Notes under the pieces: model-generated
Told to the model about the DNA's origin: nothing
What the model saw: the letters and a program-made list of their open reading frames with translations, nothing else
The model's database searches: none
In this document: positions 13,171 through 27,085 of the stretch, piece after piece
Position numbering within the stretch: position 1 is the first letter of the stretch
Layout of the letters: each line of letters opens with the position of its first letter
NCBI GenBank assembly: GCA_951406725.2
Contig: OX597816.1
Span: forward strand, 145,018,001 to 145,082,000
Reading direction: 5' to 3'
DNA: 64,000 nucleotides
Source of the DNA: Octopus vulgaris
Lineage: Eukaryota
Position numbers and translations under genes: made by a program

Positions 13171-13849
13171 GAAAACACATTTTATGAAAGCAGTTATAAA
13201 TATCTGAGATTTTGTTATAGCATTAAGAACTTACTAATTTAGAAATTGAATATGACCATTCTTTTTGTTTTTATTAATTTACTAATGTCATTGAAATGAC
13301 CATGGGTATCACAAATATTATTCCTTTATGTTTTTAAAAGTTGATGCATTTCGTCAATTTCAATACAACTTGATTACAATTTTTTACTTCATTCACTTCA
13401 AAAAATGCCTTTGCAGAATGCTTTTACTGCTCCCCATACCACCCGAGGAAACTAATCAGTAGTATGCAATTGGTCTGAGAAAGCATGAACCTAGAGAATT
13501 ATTTTGAGAGATACAGTTCTAAGAAGCTAGTTACTTTTTGCATACCTATATATTTCTGATATCTGTTTTCACATGAATATATATCAAGAACATACTAAAT
13601 CCTTATAACTGATTAACATTTACTGCTTTACATTAGAATATACAACACATTTTATAAGAATCCTAAAATGTTACATGGCTTTTAATGATTACATCAATAT
13701 ACATTGACCTCCACCCCCCAAAAAAAACTGTACTACATTCCATTAAATCTAAATTCAACCGTATTGTCTCTTCTCTTTTCGAAATTAACAAATATGCAAG
13801 AAAATCCCCTCTATTATACACACTGTCGTGTGAAATTATTACTGGTAGG

Positions 13850-13945
13850 TTCGTTGTGGTCGACTTTGCTTTTCATCCTTTCGGGGTCGATAAAATATGT
13901 ACCAGCGAAACATTGGGGTTGATTTAATCGACTAGTACCCCTACC
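13850..13945 (+). mobile_element. SINE fragment (family B)
   Basis: GTCGACTTTGCTTTTCATCCTTTCGGGGTCGATAAAAT shared with 43652-43860, 46325-46545 and 50385-50590. Confidence 0.7.
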
Positions 13946-15678
13946 AAAAAGAAAACAAATAAGAATAATTGGTAGATTAGCAGTAGGGCCATTATGAAGG
14001 AATAAATACTTTGCAGTACTTAGTTATACTTTTTGCTCTTAGCTCAAATCACGCCCTGACTTAACCATTCCTTCTTTTAGAAAAAACCTAGCACAATTTA
14101 TTTCACCCCGCTGTGGGCTCTTGAAATTATTCGCATCTTGTGCAGAAGGCGAAAATTATTGTTTTATGATTATCTCTGTTACGACACGAAAAAGTAGATA
14201 TTTTTACTTGTTACCGCATTTTATAACTTGCTAATTACCTTTCCCACAAGATCCTGCGAGTTAAATTGCCATGTGTTTATAGATGTAGGAATTTTAGACT
14301 GCAAATTTGAGTTCCACGGTTTATGTGTCAGGGTGAAGTTATATCTGTGTGTGTGTGTGGGGGGGGGGGGGAGTGAGAATTGGATCAAGTATTTTGAATC
14401 ATGGCATTCATAAATATTGGTACTTTTTCAATTCGACCACATGTATTTCTAAATCTGAATAGCAGCTAAATACTCATGTTATCAATGTCAAAATCTATAA
14501 CTTTAGTGGTTTCGGTATCTTCCAGCATTTTACGCAATGTATTTTGAAACATGATGAACGAAGATGACACATGTATGCCTACTGACTTAACTAAGTCAAT
14601 TGTTTTCGCACACAAAAGATCTAGAATGATAAAATATTTTTAGTAAGATTTTCAGGGACGGTTGTGGGTGTTTGCTACATACTGTATTACTGAGAATTTT
14701 TTATGATAGCAGGAAATAAAATATGATAAATCAAAGCCTCTTGACATTTCAATTAAAATAGCTGACAGTCAAACTAACTCTTGAGGTTTTGAATTAAAAA
14801 GACACGGTGGTTAGCATTGGATTGCTTCACTTTTCTTATACTTATTTCAGTAACAAAATTCGGAGTGATTTGTAAAAATGTGTAGCTTATTTCAGATAAA
14901 TTTTAACTTTATTATATTTTTTAGACATTTTCCGTTAAAATAGAATAATATTTTAATTCTTTGGTAAAAGATTACTTTTTACTGGCCGTGGGTGTTTCGA
15001 ATATATGGACTACTCTACACTATAAAATGAACTAAGTTTTTACCGGGACCAGACAAAATCAAGTCTGAGTAGATCTAAATCTCAGAGAAAGAAACTTATA
15101 CACTAAAATTTATTCACTATGACTATCAGTGGTCTCCACTAATGTTCTGTGTGTCAACACCCAATAACGTTGAATATTCATGTGAATTGATTACAGTAAT
15201 TATAATTGAAGATTTGAGAGGTTATGAGGTTATAAAGTCAAATAATTTATTTGATTAACGATGAAAAGTTTACAATACCTGCATAATATTGTAATTATGT
15301 TTCACTAACTTCAGCAAAATATCTCAATTGTTCATCTGGCTAACAATTATTCACACTTTCTACATTATCAATACTCTAACAATGTTTTGCTTCAATGCTA
15401 TACCGACTAACAGAATAATCTGTGATATTTTAGTCTATTGTATGTAGGGAATGTATATGTGGCATTGAAACAAAATCACTTATAAAGCACGTTATATATA
15501 TGCAATTTTCTCTATTCACTATTCCGGTTGATAAAGTGACGTCAAGCCCACAAGGAGCGATATCATTTACATCTCATTCATTTCTTTTTCGAGGAAGACA
15601 TCGCTAATGGTTCGTTGAAATCTACGTCATTTTTGTGGAAAGGATTCCTCAGGATACTCTTCATAGCTTAATGTTGGG

Positions 15679-15789
<111 letters not shown>

Positions 15790-16157
15790 GAGAGGAACAG
15801 AAGGACAGAGTGAGAGGAGGGGAGATAATGAGAAAGAAAAAAAAGAATAGTCTAACACAATAATAGATTGGTGAGAGGAACAGGACAGAGTGAGAGGAGG
15901 GGAGATAATGAGAAAAAAAAAGAATAGTCTAACGCTATAATAGATTGGTACTTTATCTAACCCGAAAGGATGAGAGAAAAAATTGACCTCACCCGCATTT
16001 GAAATCAGAGTGCAAAACGCCTGAACAAATACTGCGTGGCATCATACCTAATGCTGTATTGATACCATGATTTCAACGTTTCAAACTTTTACTTGAATAT
16101 ATCCACACATATCTATACATACAATGCGTGCATACACTCACATAAAAATACATAAAC

Positions 16158-16190
<33 letters not shown>

Positions 16191-16320
16191 TGTATGTATG
16201 TATGTATGTATGTATGTATGTATGTATGTATATATATATATGTATGTATATATATATATATGTATGTATATATATATATATATACGTATATATATATATA
16301 TAGTCATATATATATGCATA

Positions 16321-16355
<35 letters not shown>

Positions 16356-16367
16356 ACATATACACAT

Positions 16368-16640
16368 ACATCCCATAATCACACTACTTCCTTCTAATAT
16401 GAACGAAAACATTACCTCGCTGAGAAAATTCATATGGAACAACAAGCAAAACAGTGTTAACTATACTATCGCGCAGTCTGCTATGGGTAACGCACCTCCA
16501 TATAATGATGGCAGTTCTCAGTGCAATTTATAGTGTAGAGGCGTTGGAACTACTCGAATATAATCCAAACTTAATCACTAAGCGTAAGGAATTTTTAATT
16601 CGCTGCTTACATTTGAAAGATAAAACATTCTTAGTATTTC
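16368..16640 (+). pseudogene. PLE GIY-YIG C-terminal remnant
   Basis: Across frames: [47 protein letters not shown], the same type as 26760-27085. Confidence 0.7.
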
Positions 16641-17508
16641 CAAAAACAATTCTTAAAGGATTAGCACCTCATGTACAAATAGATAAATTCAATACCTTAG
16701 TTACGTTACCAATGTTTACACTTCTTATGAAGTTATCCACGATTTAATATTATAAGAAATCCTCTCACAACTAACTTGAACTTAGATCACATTTTAATGA
16801 TTCGTCTTGTTTACTTGTGATCTACACACTGATTAATTTTCCAACTATTTCGAAATTCATCATAGTTTACAATTGGGAGTCTATAATTAACGCACCTAAA
16901 GTTTATTCTTTTTATAATTTATTTTATTTAATGAAGTATTATTTAAATGTTGTAGTTTTGTTTGAATATATTTTATTAATGAAATTTTATTTAACGGTTA
17001 AGTTGAAGTTCTCAAATAATCTAGAAAGGCAACATGATTACATTCTGTCTCTGAATGAACATTGATTCACACTCAGTTACCCTTACAAACTTAGATAATT
17101 CTCTTCTTAAAGGAACGAATTAATGTAGGCATTAAGCAGACTGTATTCTTCATTTTCGCAGAAACTTAACATCGTTAGTATCTGATAACAACATTACCTC
17201 CCAACACTATGAACTCGCCTTAGGATAATAAATAATCTTATATGACTACCTTCAGCCTCCCTCTTTCACAAATTCTGATAGTGCATATTTTCCCCAAGAT
17301 TCAACAAATACTTTAAAGGCTCTGAGCATTTCAAAAATGGTTGATTCATCGAATTAATTGGATTAATTAAGCACGCAAACCACAATGTACAATGAATCAT
17401 CTGATCTCAACCCCCAAAAGAGGCAGCAAATACCAATTAATGGTGTGTGAATGCTGGATCTTAAGAGGGAACATGATTTTATTTCGAAATAATATATGTA
17501 GACTAGGT

Positions 17509-17544
<36 letters not shown>

Positions 17545-17665
17545 GCACATGTCAGAAAGATATTGTGGCATCAATGGGCAGACACCTGATTAATTTTTTG
17601 GTCATTAATTTCACCTTTATATACAAATTTAAAGATTATGAAAATTCAATAAATAATGTTTTTTT

Positions 17666-18848
17666 AATACTTGTACTTGTACTTTTGACGGCGTTCACCC
17701 AGGGCGGGTTGAGCCAGCTTCTTCTCTGTTCCTAACGGCATCACTAACCATGGCGCCCCACGCTTGTCGGTCCTGTGCGAGGTCACTGAAGATAGCAATC
17801 CATTCGCGGTTCCATCTGCGTAGACCGACCACCTGCGGACCTGAGAGTTCGGAGAGGTCTTCAGCTGCCCGCCCCTGCGTTTGCGCCAGCTGGGAAGTGG
17901 AGGTGGGAGGAGGATATCGCGAATTAGCTCACCCTCTGGACACCAGGCCGCATTATCGAACCACCTTAAGCGCCGTTTTAGAAGCACCGAAGGGAGGGGC
18001 CGGAGATTCAGTCGACGACGAAGACCGGCTGTAGGAACCCGATCAATGCGTCGACAGCGAAGAATGCGGCGGAGACAGTCATTGTCGGACACCTCCAGCC
18101 TCCGCTGATCGACTACTCTCATAGGCCATGTTTCACAACCTTAGAGGATGATAGTACGAACGACGGCCTGGTAGATTCGCTCTCTTCTGTTCCACAGGCA
18201 CCGCTGGATGCGCACGAATGCAGATCTGGCAGCACCTATGAGACGCTCGACCTCAGCTGCGCGCTGTCCCGTTGGAACTACTGTTGAACCCAGGTAGATG
18301 AAGGACTCCACATCTCCAGCTCCACACCCTAGAGAACGATTGGCTGCCATTCATCTGCTGTGGCCAGAGACGTTATCACTTTGGTTTTACCAGCATTGAT
18401 CGGAAGACCAACAGCTGCCGCTGCCGCATGCACCCTTTCGAGAGCATCTTGGACATCTGCCCGGTTAGAGCCCAAGAGTGCGATGTCATCTGCGTAGGCC
18501 AGGTCCGTCACCACGACTCCTCTCCCAGCCTCTACGTCCGGGTAGTCCCGAAGCGCAGTGTTGAGAATGTAATCGATAGCATAATTGAATAGGGTTGGTG
18601 AGAGCGCACAACTCTGTCGAACACCGGTAGTGACATCAAACGACTCCGTCTCCCCGCCATAGACCCTCACAGGAGCCCTCGTTGAACGATAGTAGCCCTG
18701 TATGAGGTTTAACAGCTTCACAGGGATACCGTCCGCCTGCATAATACGCCATAGGGCCTCCTGATCCCCCGATTCACCTGTATGAGGTTTAGCAGCTTCA
18801 CAAGGATACCGTCCGCCTGCATAAATACGCCAGAGGGCCTCCTGATCC
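17666..18848 (-). mobile_element. 5'-truncated RTE-clade LINE (RT C-half), degenerate
   Basis: GVRQSCALSPTLF, DLAYADDIALL, INAGKTK, FIYLGS, RRLRWF; (AAGTAC)n 3' tail at ~17666-17685. Confidence 0.9.
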
Positions 18849-21021
18849 AAAGAAGAAAAAAATGGATCGGGAGGCCCTTTTTTTTAATACAACGATCTGA
18901 TATAAATTTTAATATTTTAAATTGTAAGGGCTCATTTAAGGAGGTGGGCTCTTAAAATGTTCCAGCTTGTATATGAAAATCACAACATAATATATAGCAA
19001 AATCACAAAAACAACGAATATGTAAATAACAGGAAAGGGTAAGACAACGAAAAAGAAATGCAGTTGACAAATGAATGAAATGAGCTCGTGCAACATAATG
19101 AAGGAAAGAAGTACAATAAGAATGCCATTCACAGATTAAACTCACAGACCTAAATCTATCACCATGTGTACGCTGAGATAGAGTTTTGTTATATATATAT
19201 TTTTGTTTTCGTAATCTTTAACCATTTCAAATGCAAAGGTTTGGCCATGTCAATTATTTAGCGATGTTACTACTTCGGATATTTGTAAGCCACAAAGAGA
19301 TGAGGATCTTGACGTTTTCGAGCAAATTTATTTCTCGCATTCTCTTCGCCTCAAAGGTATATAATTTTATCCAAATTTACAAGCCTCACATTACATGCAA
19401 TTTTCACTGGTTCTACAACGAAAATGAAAATTCTTATACACTGTTGAACTCATTCTAACTAAATAGAAACGTCAAGTGAATGCGGTGATCACTATTTCAA
19501 GTACTATCTTTCATTTTCTGTATATTGCGACAACAAAATGACTAAACATGTAAATAATAATCAGCAGAAAATTAAGCTAATAAATACAAGAAATGAATTC
19601 TAGTATAATCATAGTTGCCTCAACACCAGTGAAAATTATCTTTCTAGATCCAGTAGGGAAATTATCTATTCTAGATCTAATGGGAAAGACTCGTTGTCGT
19701 GATATAACCTTTTAAAAGTTATTTGTAAAATATCGATCAAATATAACTTTACGTTTTTTAAAAGTGTAGAATCATTAATTATTGAATTTTCAAACGAGTT
19801 ATAGACAAGACAGTCCTAATTAGAAGTCCCTACTGACTTGTATGTTGTATCAAGCTTGATTAAGAACTAATAAATTTATCATAAAAATAACAATCTGTAC
19901 ATGATAGAAAAAATGACAGCTGACCACATCTGTATATCTCAAGTAATATTCATCTGAAATCCGCTGAGTTGAAATGATTGAGATAAATGTGTGGTATGTA
20001 CAGGAATAAGTTTGATAGATATCCACCTCTGTCTCTTGTTATCTATTCATATACTACACGTAATTCATATCAGCAACATTTAAAGTAGAGAAAAAATATA
20101 TGGAAACCCAGTTAGGTAAGATTTAGTGGACAGGTGATAGCTGAACCAACACGATATTATAGTTACGTTTTCCAACAGGATAATTCATTCAAATCATCGA
20201 GATTTTGCTTCTTAATAAATCTAATATTTACTGTAGAATAGAATACTACCATGTAGTCAGATCTTATTTTAATCAATAGTCAAAGACTGTTTTCAGAAGT
20301 CGCAACAAACTACTTCGTATCTCAATTTCTGATTTAGTTTAACGTTTCCCTATCGTTAATAAATATCTTTGCCTTATTCATATGACATCATTTTCTTTAC
20401 CCTTTTGTTTTCCTAACATTGAATTGTGAGCATTTTTTTTTTGCTCTTTAGATGGAATTAAATATTTATTCAGCTATTAATATAATGAGGAAAAACCAAA
20501 GATATCAAAATACGAGGATACAAACTTTAAAAAAACAAACGAAATTTGAGCAGATTTGAAGTTTTTCATTCTATATTTTACGTGGTGATTGGTGCAGGTA
20601 ATGGGATATATGAATCTTCAGTTACAGTTGCAATTTCTTGTTTTCTTTTAAAATACTAGATTTTGAGAGTCTATATATTGGGATTGGTGTACCTGGATAT
20701 GACCACCTTTGATATATCTAAATATGGCGTTACCAATTTGGTTTCTTGCGCAAGAAAGTAGCCTCCTGTCCATGGCATTGAAACCACTGCACATGGGAAA
20801 GTTTGAAAGTGAGTATTTGGTGCTCTTGTACCCGATGGGGTGGTCAACAACATTTGAAGTAGGCTCTCGGAAAACCTTCTCCCTCTTTTATCTGTACATC
20901 AGTAGCTGAAAAATTGTGTTACATAGATACATAGATACATACATACATACATACATACATACATACATACATACATACATACGTACATATATGTATATAT
21001 ATATATATACATATATATTTA

Positions 21022-21075
<54 letters not shown>

Positions 21076-21076
<1 letters not shown>

Positions 21077-21292
21077 ACATGTGATCTCTTAAGCATCACC
21101 AGCAAAAATATTTTTTCCCTCTGTCTTCCCTTCTTGGGATCTTTCCTTCTCCTTGTTTCCGACGAGGAGCTCCGCTCGAAACGTTAAACCCTCCGCCCTT
21201 CTTTCCTGAGCGTCAAATAATACTGTAATTGTTCCACGTCCTCGCGTTGCTGTGTTTTTTCTGTGTTTGTTTCTGTTTTTTCTTGTTTGGAT

Positions 21293-21297
<5 letters not shown>
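21076..21297 (+). mobile_element. Solo PLE-type terminal repeat with minimal hammerhead (family H1)
   Basis: Homologous to 49145-49358 (minus) and 22620-22708; flanked by (TA)n. Confidence 0.75.
21155..21189 (+). ncRNA. Minimal type-I hammerhead ribozyme motif (variant core)
   Basis: GTTT-CCGACGA-G-GAGC tcc GCTC-GAAAC-GTT-AAAC: stem I, stem II and palindromic AACGTT stem III. Confidence 0.65.
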
Positions 21298-21349
<52 letters not shown>

Positions 21350-21467
21350 GTGTGTTGTGTGTGTGCGCGTATGTGTGTGTGAGTGTGGTATGCGTGTATG
21401 CATGTGTATATGTAAATACACAACTGTTAAGTGTTTGCTGCATACATATGGATATATATGTATGTAT

Positions 21468-21574
<107 letters not shown>

Positions 21575-22078
21575 TACGTGCATACATATATATATATATA
21601 CTTAGAAAGACTCCCCAATTGCTTATATATCTACTTGTTCGGTTACTAGTTATCTGTTTTATTTTATCGTTTTTCTCTGCTTTGCAGAAGGAAAACGCCC
21701 AGTGTGCCAATTTATAAATGAAAAAAACACAGAAAAGAAATTGTATATTTCCATTTTATGGCGAAATACTATTTCACTTTCGGTGACGTACACATAGTCT
21801 ATATTAAAATGAGAATATTCAAGAAGTTGTTTAAAAAACTAATTCATGAAGAAAAATAATAATACAAAATCACAATATGATATAAAATAATATCAGAACT
21901 GTAAAAAGAAAAAAACAATTCGAATGAAATAAACAATACTTTAAATATTGAATATAGGATAAAGCAAAACTTCTCGAACATTCATACAGACACTAAGTGC
22001 CAAAGTAACTGACAAGAATAGAGAAAAACATATGTAGTAAAATTAATACATAGCATCATCAAGCACACGTAAGCTTAC

Positions 22079-22138
<60 letters not shown>

Positions 22139-22240
22139 ATATATATATATATATAATATACGTAAGCTTACGTGTGCATGAACATGCTTCGTATATATAT
22201 ATATATTATATATACATATGTGTATATATGTAAGTATATA

Positions 22241-22276
<36 letters not shown>

Positions 22277-23121
22277 TGCATGTATGTATATATATATATA
22301 TATATAAACACCCACTACACTTCGAGAGTGTAGTGGGTGTATATTACGTGCTAATGGGCACGGGAGCCAGTCGGTGGTGGGAACTAGTATCGACCACGTG
22401 ACACCGGCACGTGAGCCAGTCAGACGGCACTGGCATTGACAACAATTACAATTTCCATTTTGCTTTCGATCTTGATTTGCTTGGGTACTTTTAAAATGGG
22501 CTGGTTATGCAACACTGGTATAGGCTATGGTTGTGATCTCACTTTGCTTGCCGGGTCCTCTAAATCACTGCATTTCTCCAAAGGTCATGATCTCTTGTGT
22601 GTGTATATATACCCTCCTTCTTCCATTTTCCTGAGCGCCTAATAATAATAATACTGTAATTGTTCCACGTGTTGTTGTTTTTTCTGTTTTCCCGTTTGGA
22701 TTAACCTTATATATATATATAGCATGAAAAGTTTAGAATGGTACAGCAATGCGCCATAATACAAACAATGGGCTATATATCTGTTGTAATTTAGTCATCC
22801 ATAATCTGACGATATTTCGGAATAAAATTCCTTCTCGAGATATTCTTAGACGGAGTCGCTGCTATAATCGGTTCTCTAACGGCTTTTCTTTTTTCTTTTC
22901 TGGAAGCGTCTCAACAGTGGACTCACGAAGCTCCTTCCGTAATTCCTCATGAGAAGTGCGTGGGGTCGGCCATGTCTCAATCTCATGTGTGCGGGTACAT
23001 CCGTAGCGCTGCTTCTAAGTTATGTATTATACATGCAGCTCCCTTTTTTCTCTCTTTATTTTTGTTATAAACTGCAGATGAGCATATTATCAAAAATGAA
23101 CCTACACGCATCCAGATGTAG

Positions 23122-23463
23122 CTAAATAATATATTGATTACCAACCTCCAGCCAGTTGTTAATTTGGGGCCCTAGTCTATGTATGAGTATAGCTTCCTTA
23201 ATTCTTAAATTACCCAAATTTCTTTCATTGGCCTCAATTGTGACTGCTATGCTTTTGTCGGTGTTCCAGCATCTGTCTAGGTGTTTTCTGAAGGAAGAGG
23301 CTCTCGTGTTCAGATGTTCTTTGATGCAGACGTTGCATTTGTTACATTGTATTCTATGCACAAGATTTACCTGTTGACATAAACCTGTGTCACGGATGGG
23401 ACAGTTTGTTAGTGTGCATTGATTTATGTCCTTTGTTCGTTTCTTTGCGAGGTGTCCTCTCAA
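23122..23463 (-). pseudogene. PLE GIY-YIG endonuclease fragment (YIG segment deleted)
   Basis: NLVHRIQCNKC...KEHL...IKEAILI...PQIN. Confidence 0.8.
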
Positions 23464-23882
23464 AGAGGGGCTGGAGTGGGTTAGTTGTATGGTCAGCCCT
23501 TCTCTTCTTATGGCTCTTCGGATGTATGTAGTTATCCTCTCGCTAAAATGGGGTATTTTAAGGAAGCATGTGTTACGGGGTTTTCTGCGTTCAGCGAGTT
23601 GGTCATTTTGGGTACTTAAGCGTGTTGGTCATCTTGGGTACTTACGATAGATTTAGAGTTTCCGTTGGTTTTCAATATATATAATAAGCGTGTAGTGAGG
23701 GTCACCTTGTCCTCCGTTCTGTTGCACTTGCCCTGGATGCGTGCAAGTTCATAGTTCATTTCTGGCATACTTTGGCACTGAGTGGAAGTGCTGAATTGTA
23801 TTGGACAAACATATCTCTAGTGGCTGCTTCCCTGTAGAACTCGGTGTGGATCTCCCCTTCTTCCACTATATTCAGTTTGAAG

Positions 23883-24524
23883 TCAATTAGTGATAGCGAT
23901 CCAGTGATGTCGGGATGTTCTATATATTTTCCGTAGTTTCAGCTCATAGCTACGGCCATGCTGATGCACCGCCGTTAAAGTGAAATTTATGTTCATGTCC
24001 ATGTTACTGAACGTCGTGAATATTCTGTCAGCCTCTTCACGGGAGGATGTGAGTATGAGGATGTCATCTACGTACCTGGTGAAGAAGGCGCATGAGCGGC
24101 AGATGAATGATCGACGTTCCAGATGGTTCATATAAGTGATGGCTAGTAGGCCTGAGAGACTGGATCCCATTGGGAGACCTGTTGTCTGTTTGTATATGTG
24201 GTCCTGGGAAGAGAAGTAGGTGTTGTCCACGATGATGGACAAAAGTTGATGTATATCAGCTGCGGTAAGTCCGAAGCATTGGATGTCGGACGCTATTATG
24301 CAGTCAGTCAGTAGGTTGATCGCCGAGTGTACAGGCACCGTTGTGCACATTGAGACAACGTCAAGACTAAAGGCATATCTGTTTTGCCTGAGTTGATATG
24401 GGGGAAAATGGTGCAGTCTTTTGATGTCTTCGTCGGAGTTCTTGACGTGTCCAGGAAAGGTGGAGAGTATGGGCTTCAGGATGTGAGAAAGTAACCAGGA
24501 TATTTTATATAGAGGTCCTTCCAC
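23883..24524 (-). pseudogene. PLE reverse transcriptase fragment
   Basis: Motifs SLDV, GLPMGS, RYVDD. Confidence 0.88.
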
Positions 24525-25125
24525 GATGGAGACGATGGGTCTAATCTGGATCTTGTTGCTATTCTTGTGTGTTTTAATGAGGTGATAAAATCTGGGTAAT
24601 CTACTGTTTTTTGTGATGAATTTGTTCTTAAATTTATTATGTATTTGTCTCTGTCTACAGATGTCCGTCCATGCGGTGTTAATTCGGTCCTCAATCCTGG
24701 TCGCAGTTATAACTGTCAGTTAAGAATATAGTTTGTCATTGCTAAAATGTTATAGTGCCAGTCTATCATATATTTCACAAGAAATCACGCAGATTTCTTT
24801 TCCTTTATCTGATGGTAAGTATACAAGGTTTTGTTTTTTTAGTTTAGTCAGTGTTTTATGTTGCGCCTTAAATTTGGAGTTATTTTCGATTCCTTCCTTA
24901 AGATGTTGGAGATAGACTATTTCAATCTGGATAGTTTGTGGTTGATTTCTTGGTTGGTTGGGGGTGGGTGGAGTGGGTGGTCTAGTTGGTACGTGGGAAA
25001 TTTGCCGAGTGTGTTATTGTTGTTCTTCTTTATCACCGATAGCCATTTGAGTTGGTAGGCTTTTCGACAAAAGTTGGCTTCCAGGTCGAATAAGATTTTT
25101 TTCATTCGACTGTTGGTTCAAGATA

Positions 25126-25193
<68 letters not shown>

Positions 25194-25222
25194 GTATGTG
25201 TGTGTGTGTGTGTGTATGTGTA

Positions 25223-25480
25223 TGCTTTTTACTCTTTTACTCGTTTCAGTCAGGTGACTGCGGCCATGCTGGAGCACCGCCTTTAGTCGAGCAACTCAAC
25301 CCCGGGACTTATTCTTTGTAAGCCCAGTACTTATTCTATCGGTCTCTTTTTGACGAACCGCTAAGTGACGGGGACGTAAACACACCAACATCAGTTGTCA
25401 AGCAATGCTAGGGGGACAAACACACACACACACAAACACACTCACATACACACACATATATATACTTATATACGACAGGC
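25223..25480 (-). mobile_element. SINE family A, 3' half
   Basis: Homologous to 48575-48925 and 28268-28590; 3' end GGCGGTGCTCCAGCATGGCCGCAGTC..GACTGAAAC plus (GAGTAAAA) tail. Confidence 0.85.
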
Positions 25481-25675
25481 TTTCGTATATATCAATTAAT
25501 GATCAAGAGATTTATGCCATGGAGGCACGACGTCCATAAAAAGTTTCTTTTACAATACTCACATAAATAATATGCGGCAAATATCTTGCTATTTCACCTG
25601 TATATAGAGCATTCATCAACATTTATAGTGGTCGATACTAAGGAACATAGTTTTGACTGGAAAATGACAGGAAGG

Positions 25676-25721
<46 letters not shown>

Positions 25722-26151
25722 AAAAGAAAATGAAAGACAAAATATTCAGCTCCGTTCAATTTTGACGATATTGTTAAAAAAAACAATCTACCCCCTACTG
25801 TGCTTTCATTTGTTGATTGAATTGGACAGAGAGAATTCGGCGATGTCAAAATAGTACATACATATTATACCATTTTAGTCCGACATAATGCCTTCAGTCC
25901 ATTGGGTCGCATGAATATACATATTCAAACGTACTTAAAACACGCTCACATTCACACGCCCCCAACAAATACTCACACATGCACTTATATACATACATAA
26001 TAGACAAAATAGTTTATATTTAAACACAAGAGAAACTACCTTTAACCGGTAATTTTACACGCTAGAAGAAGCAGACAAAACTACCAAAACCACATTTAAG
26101 AGCAATTTCGAAGGGAATGAAAAATAAAAACTTTTACCTTTTTATTTTTTT

Positions 26152-26224
26152 ACGGTTATCCCTAGGTTTCGAAATTTTTAGCAAATAAAATAATTTGCTA
26201 GGCGAAATTGTCATCAGTAACCGT
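26152..26224 (-). ncRNA. Type-I hammerhead motif (family H2), cleavage triplet mutated to GGA
   Basis: ACGGTTA-CTGATGA-(stem II with TAGCAAAT/ATTTGCTA)-GAAAC-CTAG-GGA-TAACCGT. Confidence 0.7.
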
Positions 26225-26759
26225 GCCATAACATAAACATATAATTTTGAAACAAATAACACGCGCCTCATCATCATATGTTATAATGTTTCAAATTCAT
26301 CGCGCAAGCGCAGTTTCGGTTGGCAGTAAAAAAAAAAGATTCATACACACGTCTATGTATGCACATGCACAAGAAAAAGCAGGGCTAAAGGCAAAATACA
26401 GAAAAATGTGTAAAAAAAGTGTAAAAAATAAGCAATAAGAGTAAATCACGTCTATATACGCACATACTCGCATGCACACACACACACGTCTATACACGCA
26501 CACATCCACACGTGGGCACAAAATATTCCTTATACAGGTCTATATACGCACAGGAAAAATGCAGGGTGGAAGGTAGAATACAGAAAAATTATATGTAAAA
26601 AAATATATGAGCAATAAAACTATAAAACAATATCTCTATAAAGTTGTAAAAAAATATGAAAATATATAGGAAATATATGTAAAAAGTATAGAGAGATAAA
26701 AAGCTTGTATGTGGTCACAATATAGAAAGCAAGTCCTATCTCTAATCTCGGGGTGGGGG

Positions 26760-27085
26760 ACCAGAAGTGTAACAAATATTTAGCCACATATGGACATGAT
26801 CCGAAAAGTTCAGTTCTTGAATTTAGACATGTGGTGGGGTCTAAGCTGCTTTTCCAGATGAACCATTTTTCCATATCACAAAGATCGCACTTTCCACTGC
26901 CTTTGGTGTAGGGCTTACACTTGGATAAGCTCTTCCAATGGATGTTGTAACTGACACTTTATCTTTTAAGGACCATATATGACTGGATATTTTGGTCGTT
27001 TTCCTTTTATCCCAGTGCCTGAAGCTCAAGGTGTGATTATTGAACCTGGCCTTGAAATTACCCTCTGCAAGGCCCACGCATTTCA
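26760..27085 (-). pseudogene. PLE GIY-YIG remnant
   Basis: CVGLAEGNFKARFNNHTLSFRH..ISSHIWSLKDK / KPYTKGSGKCDLC.MEK..LNSRTELFGSC. Confidence 0.8.

Larger units (their letters stand above)
22720..25125 (-). mobile_element. Penelope-like retroelement (RT + GIY-YIG + 3' pLTR), degenerate
   Basis: ORF 23883-24524 has SLDVVSMCT, YKQTTGLPMGSSLS, RYVDD; ORF 23122-23463 has C..C, IKEHL, LRIKEAILI..LGPQIN; TA-flanked. Confidence 0.9.
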
